The position numbers and the translations under genes were made by a program. A DNA stretch of 54,769 nt from contig CAUYUJ010000212.1 of NCBI GenBank assembly GCA_963575745.1, positions 62,001 to 116,769 of the forward strand, in the 5' to 3' direction. The stretch comes from Prorocentrum cordatum (Eukaryota). Shown here piece by piece: positions 46,960 to 54,769 of the stretch (positions within the stretch are counted from its first letter, which is position 1; each line of letters opens with the position of its first letter). Under the pieces are notes generated by a model. That model was given only the letters and a program-made list of their open reading frames with translations. It did no database searches and was not told the origin of the DNA.

Positions 46960-49900
46960 CGTTCGCGGCCTGCGTCTGCAGCACTTCGGCCGGGCAGGCA
47001 GTTTTGCGTCGGCAGCGCCGCTTGGGTTCCAAGCCACGACTAAACTTAACAGCGCGTTCTGGCTCAAACGAACGAGTTTATCCTGCAACCAGGCTTTGCT
47101 CTTGATGACTTCCGTGACCACTTGCCAGATGGGTTTACGAGCTTGTGTTGCTTCGAGTATTGTCTTCAGCCTTCTGTACATGTCTGACCAGTCGTCTGTG
47201 CCCAGCTTGACATATCCCATCATGCAGCGTAACAGCTGCCGCCGTGCATTTGCATGCGACGTCGACGCACAAACCTGTCAGTGCGACGATGCCATCGAAC
47301 TGCCGGGCACGGAGGTCGAAGTCGACGCGTCTGGGCCGAACTGAACGCATTAAACTTGCCCCGTGCACAACGAAGCCGATTTGCAAGCATAGTCCTGCCT
47401 CGAATCTTGAGGTCGCTGGGGAAGCGGCTTCCCAAGTACGCGCGGCAATTAGAAGACCCCACTACTTTGATGAAGTCCCCAGCTGCGCCGACTAAGACCT
47501 CAAATTCGTCATCGTACAAGTGCTGGTCCAAGGTAAAGATCTGGCTCTTCTTGGCGCCCAGCTCCAGGCCGACTCGCTGCCGCTCTTCGTTCAGCGCGTC
47601 GAGCATTCAGCGAGCCCCCCCAGACTGCTTGCATAGATAATCAGGTCGTCAGCGAAACGCACGTGCGACAGGCGTCTGCTGCGACACCCGGGCTCGAGCT
47701 TCAGGCCGCGGTCGCGCCAGCGGGTTTGCCAGCGCCGCATCGCCCTGTCCAGTCCGGCATTAAACAGCAGCGGGCTGAAAACGTCACCTCGCCCCTTTTG
47801 ATGCCGAGCATGTTTCCACCTCCAAGTCGCCCAATCTGCTTCCTGCATATCGCCGACAATATACTCAGATAGGGGCGGGGAACTCCCTGCGCCCCCAAGT
47901 TTAAAACAACTGCGGCCAAAAGATACGATCAAATGCCTTCTTCAGGTCTAGCCTCGCGAAGACGAAGGGCGCGCGATAGTCGATCGCCATGCTGATCACC
48001 GTCTCCAGGACCCGCAAGGCATCTTCTGCGCCGCGAGCCGGCACGAAGCCCATCTGCTCGTCAGACTGTCCATGGTAGAGCTGGCGCTCGAGGCGGCCGC
48101 GGAGAACGCGAGCGAAGATTTCGCGCGTCACTTTCAGGGTTGCTATCGGGCGCCAGTTGGACGGACCTGACAAATCTCCTGCGTTCGGAAGCATAGCGAA
48201 ATAAGTCCCACGCCAACCTTCGTCAACGCGTCCCTGTCGCAATAGATCATTCAGCGCTTCAGCGAGGAACCGTGGAATCTGCGGGCCGCCATTGGACATC
48301 ATCTCTCGAGCAATTCCAGATTAATCCCGGCACCTCAATTCTGCCATCTGCCTAACGGCACGCCTCAGTTCCCCAGGCGTGATCGATGGGATTGCGCTCA
48401 TGTCGACGTCGTCGAACGTTGGACAGCACGTGTCGCTCGCGAAGATGTCGCCAATGAACTCTGCCATGCTGCCCAGCGGCCCGCCGGGGCTGGCGTCGCG
48501 CTGGACCGGGAACCGATGCGCAGAAGACAGTGCAGATATGTCGCGGAAGTCGCCGAGGATCTCAACAATCTTCGGGCTTTTGATTATGCGTAGCGTAGGT
48601 TGTTGCGCACTGCCCTTTGGATTTCCTTCGACGGGTCTTCGCGTCTCGCTTTGTCCGCTCTCCTTCAGCCCACTACCGTCAGCGAGACCAGCGGCGCGCA
48701 AGGGGTCATCGTCGCGGTCTGCCTCCGCGACAGAGACTAACACCGCCCTAATGCCCGTCAGAATTGTGGACCGCTCGGCCGTTAAAGCCGCTGCCAGATT
48801 ACAAGTGCAATTGTCTGGCCCTTTCTGGGCGAATTTCCGCCTCGATCGCGAGTTCCGGTCTACGTCACGGCCCTTCAGGACACGCACTGCCTCGACTGCT
48901 CCGCGGTCCGAGCCCAAGTCAAGGCTGTCCACGGCAGCCGCGTGGACAACGTGAAAGCCAGGCCCGTGCAAAACAAAATCGACCTGCCGCTTCACACCCA
49001 AGCTGCCTGTGAATGCGCACGCCTCTGCCAGAGAGCAACCCCCGCGTTCGTTGGCGATGCGCACATTGAAGCAGCCAATGAATATCCAGAGCTTCTCTGC
49101 GCGTGCGCCTGAATTGAACTGCGCGTTGAAATTCCCACCGATTGTGCAACAAGAACTACACGACGAAGCCAATTTCGCCGCTGTGGTCAAGCATTCGCAC
49201 GCGTCGCCCAAAACATCCGCAGGGCATCCCGCACGCGGCACACAGCAAGATATGACCTTAATTGCACACCTCCTTTGCGAAGACGCACAGTAAGAACTCG
49301 ATATCCAAAGCATATTTTCACTACAACGTGATCTGCCCAACGTGAACGAATTAAAACTGACACTCCACCGTAACCCTCGCCACGGTGGCATATCAGCTCG
49401 CGGTCGCCGTGGACCTCGCACTCTGCCGCAGCGCCCTTATCTCACTGAAGCAAACAAAGTCCCACGTCACGTCGAGCAGCTCGGATAGCATGTCTGCCAA
49501 CCTCTGCGCTGTGCACACGTGCATTTTACAATAAACCGTCACCGGCAGCGGCGGGTGAAACAATGTGCTCGCCGGGTGCTGCCCCTAGTTGGGACCTTTC
49601 TTCCCCCTGCCATTTCCCTCTTTCTGTTCCTTTCCCAGCTGTTCCCCGCTGGAGCCAGCCACCGTGCTTAGCAAAGAGATCCTTACACTCTCCGTCCTCC
49701 TTCAAATACTCTTCCCAGCCCTGCCCATACTTCATCAGCAGCTCCCCATGCACAACCGTCGCCTCCACTACCGTCTCCCCCCCTAGCTTCAAGACGTTCG
49801 TGTCCATGTCGACCCACAAGGAATTATTGTCGAAACACCATTGGACGAACAAACCCTTCGCCCCATCAAGCATGGCCTGCGGGACGCGCTAGTGGACTGG

Positions 49901-50903
49901 CAGGTCCAGTTTCGCCCAAACTACTTTGTCTCCACACGCGAGACGTGCCGCCTGGATTTTCGACGCAGCCCAGTCCCCGGCTGACGAAAAAGTGAAGGCA
50001 CCGAACAGCATGTTGGAGAATTCGCCATTTCAGTACACCTCGCATGCGCACGGGGCGCTGCACCACCACAGCTGGTCCGTCAGCCATATCCCAGCCTCGT
50101 CCTTCCATTCGAAACCGACGAGGTTCCCGAACACCGCTGTCACCTGGTTGGCGTTGTCGGCGGCCGTCACGGAGAAAGCGTTTATCTCGAGCTCAAGCTG
50201 TCGAAACCTCGATTTAAGTCCAGCGTCGTCTCCGAAACTGGAAGCCACAGACGATACACGCGACCCTACCTTTTCTGAACTTCGCCTCCAAATATTTCGA
50301 ATATGCCTGCTGTCGGACAGTTCCTTCTCGAGCACTGCGAACTTGTAACCGATGTTACCGTTAATCGTGTTACTAATAATGTCGATGCGGTCGATGTCTG
50401 CCTAAACGGAGCACATTATGTTGAGGACCAGGGTGAACTTCCTGTCGAACAGTGGAGGTAGCCTCTAAAGTGAGGGGTTCTGCATGTGCAACCGCACTGT
50501 CAAAGCTGAGATGACGGGCAGTGCTCCCAAGACTCTCGGGCTCGATGGACGCACCATCCCACTGACTCAATGGACTGATCAGTCGGGAACGTTTCTCTTC
50601 ATTCCCGACTGGCGTTGAAATGGAGCGGACCTCTGCTGAGCTACTGGAGCCCCTCTCGCCTCCAAGCGGAGTTCCGGGAACCCTCGTGCTCTTCCAAGAA
50701 AACCGAATCAGGGAGCAGCTTGGCAAGCCCACTCTCAAGGTCAATTGTCGACATTTGCACGCAATCGCAGGAGAACGAAGGAGAAGAGAGAGGTGGGCAC
50801 GATAGCCGAGTACGCTGTCGAGTATGCTTCCGCTTCCTCATCCTCCCTCTATTCCCAAATCCGCCGATCCGGCGTGTGAGCTTCTGAGACCGTGGACTTG
50901 AGC
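46960..50903 (-). mobile_element. Decayed non-LTR retrotransposon (LINE with APE endonuclease and RT); boundaries approximate
   Basis: Endonuclease relics IGGNFNA, RQVDFVL, LGSDRGAV (48321-49421); RT motifs NWRPIA, EQMGF, LDLKKAFDRI (47901-48302), GDVFSPLLFN and RFADDL (47591-47932); many frameshifts; ORF1-like fragments at 49526-50744. Confidence 0.88.
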
Positions 50904-50912
50904 TCGCTCAAG

Positions 50913-51545
50913 CTTCGCTCTGCAAGGGGGGGGACGCCATTCCCGACGCCATTCAGTGCTCGGGAGCAGGGGGGGGGGGGGGTGTTCCAAAGAGGGGGAC
51001 GCCATTCCCGTCGCCATTCAGCGCTCGGACCGGTGAGCCGGGGGGGGGGGGGTTCGCTCTTGCAGAGGGGGGGGGGGGACGCCATTCCCGACGCCATTCA
51101 GCGCTCGGGAGCCGGGGGGGGGGGGTTCGCTCTGCCCAGGGAGGGGGGGGGGGGGAAGAGTCGGGAGAGCCAGGGTGGGTTCGCTCTGCAAGGGGGGGGG
51201 GGGGGACGCCATTCCCGACGCCATTCAGTGCTCGGGAACTGGGGGGTGGGGGGTTCGCTCTGCGAATTCCCGACCCATTCAATGCTCGGGAGCAGAAGGG
51301 GGTTCGCTCTGCAAGGGGGGGGAGGGGGGGACGCCATTCCCGACGCAATTCAGTGCTCGCGAGCTGGAGGGGGGGAGGGTTCGCTCTGCAAGAGGGGGGG
51401 TGGACGAGTGCTCGGGAGCCAGGGGGGGGTTCGCTGTGCGACGCCATTCAGTGCTCGGGAACCGGAGGGGGAAGGTTCGCTCTGCAAGGAGGGGGGGGAC
51501 GCCATTCCCGGTGCCATGCAGTGCTCCAGGGCGAGGGGGCTTCGC
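50913..51545. repeat. ~60-bp G-run minisatellite (TTCGCTCTGCAAG(G)nACGCCATTCCCGACGCCATTCAGTGCTCGGGAGC)
   Basis: About 10 units. Confidence 0.9.
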
Positions 51546-51631
51546 TTCCGACGGTCCCAGAGGCCCCCGAGATCGCGTCAAGACGGCTCAAGAGGCTCCA
51601 AAGACAACCCCAAAATGGCCCAAGAGGGCGC

Positions 51632-51960
51632 CCTCCTCCTCCTCCTCCTCCTCCTCCTCCTCCTCCTCCTCCTCCTCTCTCCTCCTCCTCCTCCTCTCCT
51701 CATCCTCATCCTCCTCATACTCCTCCTCCTCCTCCTCTCCTCCACCTCCTCCTCCTCCTCCTCCTCATGCTCCTGCTCCCCTCTCTGCTCCTCCTCTTCC
51801 TTCACCTCTCCCTCCTCCCTCATCCCTCCCTCCCTCCCTCCCTCCCCTCCTCCCCTCCTCCTTTCTCCCTCCTCCCTCCTTCCTCCCCCCTACCTCTTGC
51901 CTCCTCCTTCATCCCTCCTCCCTCGTCCTCCCTCCTCCATCCTCTTCCCCCCTCCTCACA
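51632..51960. repeat. (CCT)n tract
   Basis: Directly visible; similar tracts at 42055-42125, 42550-42690, 43070-43200 and 44170-44430. Confidence 0.95.
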
Positions 51961-52114
51961 AAAGCCAAAAACAGTCTCAGGACGGCCCCTTATGAGCTCC
52001 ACAATATGTGGAGACGGAAGACGTAGCATATGATGGCCTACCTCTTCCTCTTCATCATAGTCATCGTAACCGTCGTCGACAACATCCCCACCGTGCACCA
52101 CCATCGCCATGGTC

Positions 52115-53465
<1,351 letters not shown>

Positions 53466-53467
53466 TA

Positions 53468-53489
53468 TACGTAGCCATTTGGGCTCAAG
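53468..53489 (+). other. Relic dinoflagellate spliced leader
   Basis: TACGTAGCCATTTGGGCTCAAG versus TCCGTAGCCATTTTGGCTCAAG: 20 of 22 match. Confidence 0.93.
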
Positions 53490-53499
53490 CTGTTTCTCC

Positions 53500-54769
53500 A
53501 TGTCTCTCGCAGGCGCCCACGCGCAGCGGTCAGCGGCACGCGATTGGGAGATGAGCAATGGCGACGGGGGGCTGCACGCTGGCGCGAGGGCGGGGCGGCC
53601 CATCAGGCGTGGCAGTGCGCTGCGCAGGAAGGAGGAGGACGAGGTTGGCGCTTCGGCGGCCCATCGACGGGCGCGGGCACGGCGCCTCCTTGCTGCCGTG
53701 GCGGCGGCTGGCAAGGCGGCCAGCGCCGGTCCAGGTTCCTGGCAGGACCGTGAGGCTGCTGCGCGCCCTGCCTTGCGCCTGGCCGCCTCGGGATGCCGCG
53801 TCCCAGGCGCGACGCGGCGGCGGCGGCATGCCGCGTGGCACGCGCTGCTGGCCCCTGCGGGCGGATTCGCGCGCGCGTCCGCAGAGGGCATCTCGCGGGC
53901 CGCGGCAGGCCCCCGCCTGGGACGCCAGCCCGCGCCCCCCGTGGTGCTCGACGAGGCGCCCGGCCACGCGAAGGACGGGATCGATGAGGAGCACGTCTAC
54001 GATGAAGAGCCGGCCGACCCCCTCCAGGCGAGGATGGCCACTGCGCGCACGGCTCGCTTGGCGGTGGGGCTCCTTGCGCAGCTGCAGGCCCTGCGCGAGC
54101 AGTCGCGCTCGCGGCGGCGCGCCGCCTGTCCACCACCCTTCACCCCCACGCTGGAGGTCATCAGCGAGGGTGTCGGTGAGACCGTGGACAAGGAGTTCGG
54201 GTCCGAGGAGGAGGAGGATGTGCTGTACGATGCGTTCCCTGGCGGCGATGCGCACGTCGACACGGGCCCAGAGCGGGCAGGTGGGCCCCTGCCAGCAGCC
54301 GCCAGCCGCGACGACCCCGCTCGCCGAGGCCGCGACGGAGCTTGTGACGCACGAGGCCGAGGGCACTTGGGCAGAGGACGTGGTGGCTTACAGGACGTGG
54401 ATCAGCCTCCCCATGGACGCTTCAGGGACCTGTGCAAGGCGCGGGCGGTCTTCGGAAGGTCGCCGACGCCGTTTGCGCGGCGGCGAGCTCAGATCACGAC
54501 CGTCGGCCACGACGAGTTCGACGTCGAGGTGCTGCTGGCGGGGCTGGGCTTCGTCGTGGAAGGGCGCGTGGAGACCGGCCCCTGCTTGGAGCCGAGTGCG
54601 GCGAGCCCTGCGGCGCCGCGCGGCCCAGCGGTGTCGTTCTGTTCACCAGGTGGGTCCGAGGATCAAGAATGCCTGCGGCGAGCGTGCTGGCCCTCTCTTG
54701 GGCTCGGCACGGCACTCTGTCTTGATGAAGCTGTGGCACCTTGCGGCTCGGGACCCCAGGTCTGCCGAG
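53500..54769 (+). CDS. Intronless ORF (>=423 codons, open to the window edge) after the relic SL; retrocopy or ORF1 of a retroelement
   Basis: ATG 10 nt after the SL relic; I read the frame with no stop to the end (MSLAGAHAQR..WQDREAAARPALRLAASG..). Absent from the ORF track, probably because it has no stop in the window. Confidence 0.6.
   Translation, partial: MSLAGAHAQRSAARDWEMSNGDGGLHAGARAGRPIRRGSALRRKEEDEVGASAAHRRARARRLLAAVAAAGKAASAGPGSWQDREAAARPALRLAASGCRVPGATRRRRHAAWHALLAPAGGFARASAEGISRAAAGPRLGRQPAPPVVLDEAPGHAKDGIDEEHVYDEEPADPLQARMATARTARLAVGLLAQLQALREQSRSRRRAACPPPFTPTLEVISEGVGETVDKEFGSEEEEDVLYDAFPGGDAHVDTGPERAGGPLPAAASRDDPARRGRDGACDARGRGHLGRGRGGLQDVDQPPHGRFRDLCKARAVFGRSPTPFARRRAQITTVGHDEFDVEVLLAGLGFVVEGRVETGPCLEPSAASPAAPRGPAVSFCSPGGSEDQECLRRACWPSLGLGTALCLDEAVAPCGSGPQVCR

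Noticed and set aside
47055..47070. TTCTGGCTCAAA as an SL relic
   Set aside because: Short match, antisense to the LINE, with no SL 5' half.
53468..53560. Functional SL RNA gene
   Set aside because: The SL is followed by CT rather than the GT donor of an SL-RNA intron, and leads into an ORF, so it is a relic.

Overview
GC-rich, repeat-dense eukaryotic DNA, almost certainly dinoflagellate: it carries relics of the dinoflagellate spliced leader (DinoSL, DCCGTAGCCATTTTGGCTCAAG) and GC/GA splice donors. Main contents: (1) a decayed DIRS-like retroelement (<1-~9550, minus) interrupted by an internally deleted Ty1/copia element (2450-8512, 5-bp TSD GGCCA); (2) a near-intact 10.1-kb Ty1/copia LTR retrotransposon (21682-31829, minus; 143-bp LTRs with 2 mismatches) encoding gag-PR-[dual-coded spacer]-C5 DNA methyltransferase-IN-RT-RNaseH, with one in-frame TGA; (3) a host PDZ-like gene on the minus strand whose small exons span about 30 kb, with the copia element inside an intron; (4) a decayed APE-type LINE (~46960-50903, minus); (5) an SL-led intronless ORF running off the right edge; (6) MITE-like elements, mini- and microsatellites, and a 100-N gap. 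The most striking observation is a 516-codon ORF nested in the +1 frame of the copia polyprotein (signal-peptide-like N-terminus, Cys/His motif, long heptad coiled coil) with its own DinoSL-like sequence 74 nt upstream of its ATG. SL-like motifs also occur in the LTRs or at the 5' ends of the other retroelements. All calls are by eye from motifs; no database searches were run, and most ORF-track entries are GC or low-complexity shadows.
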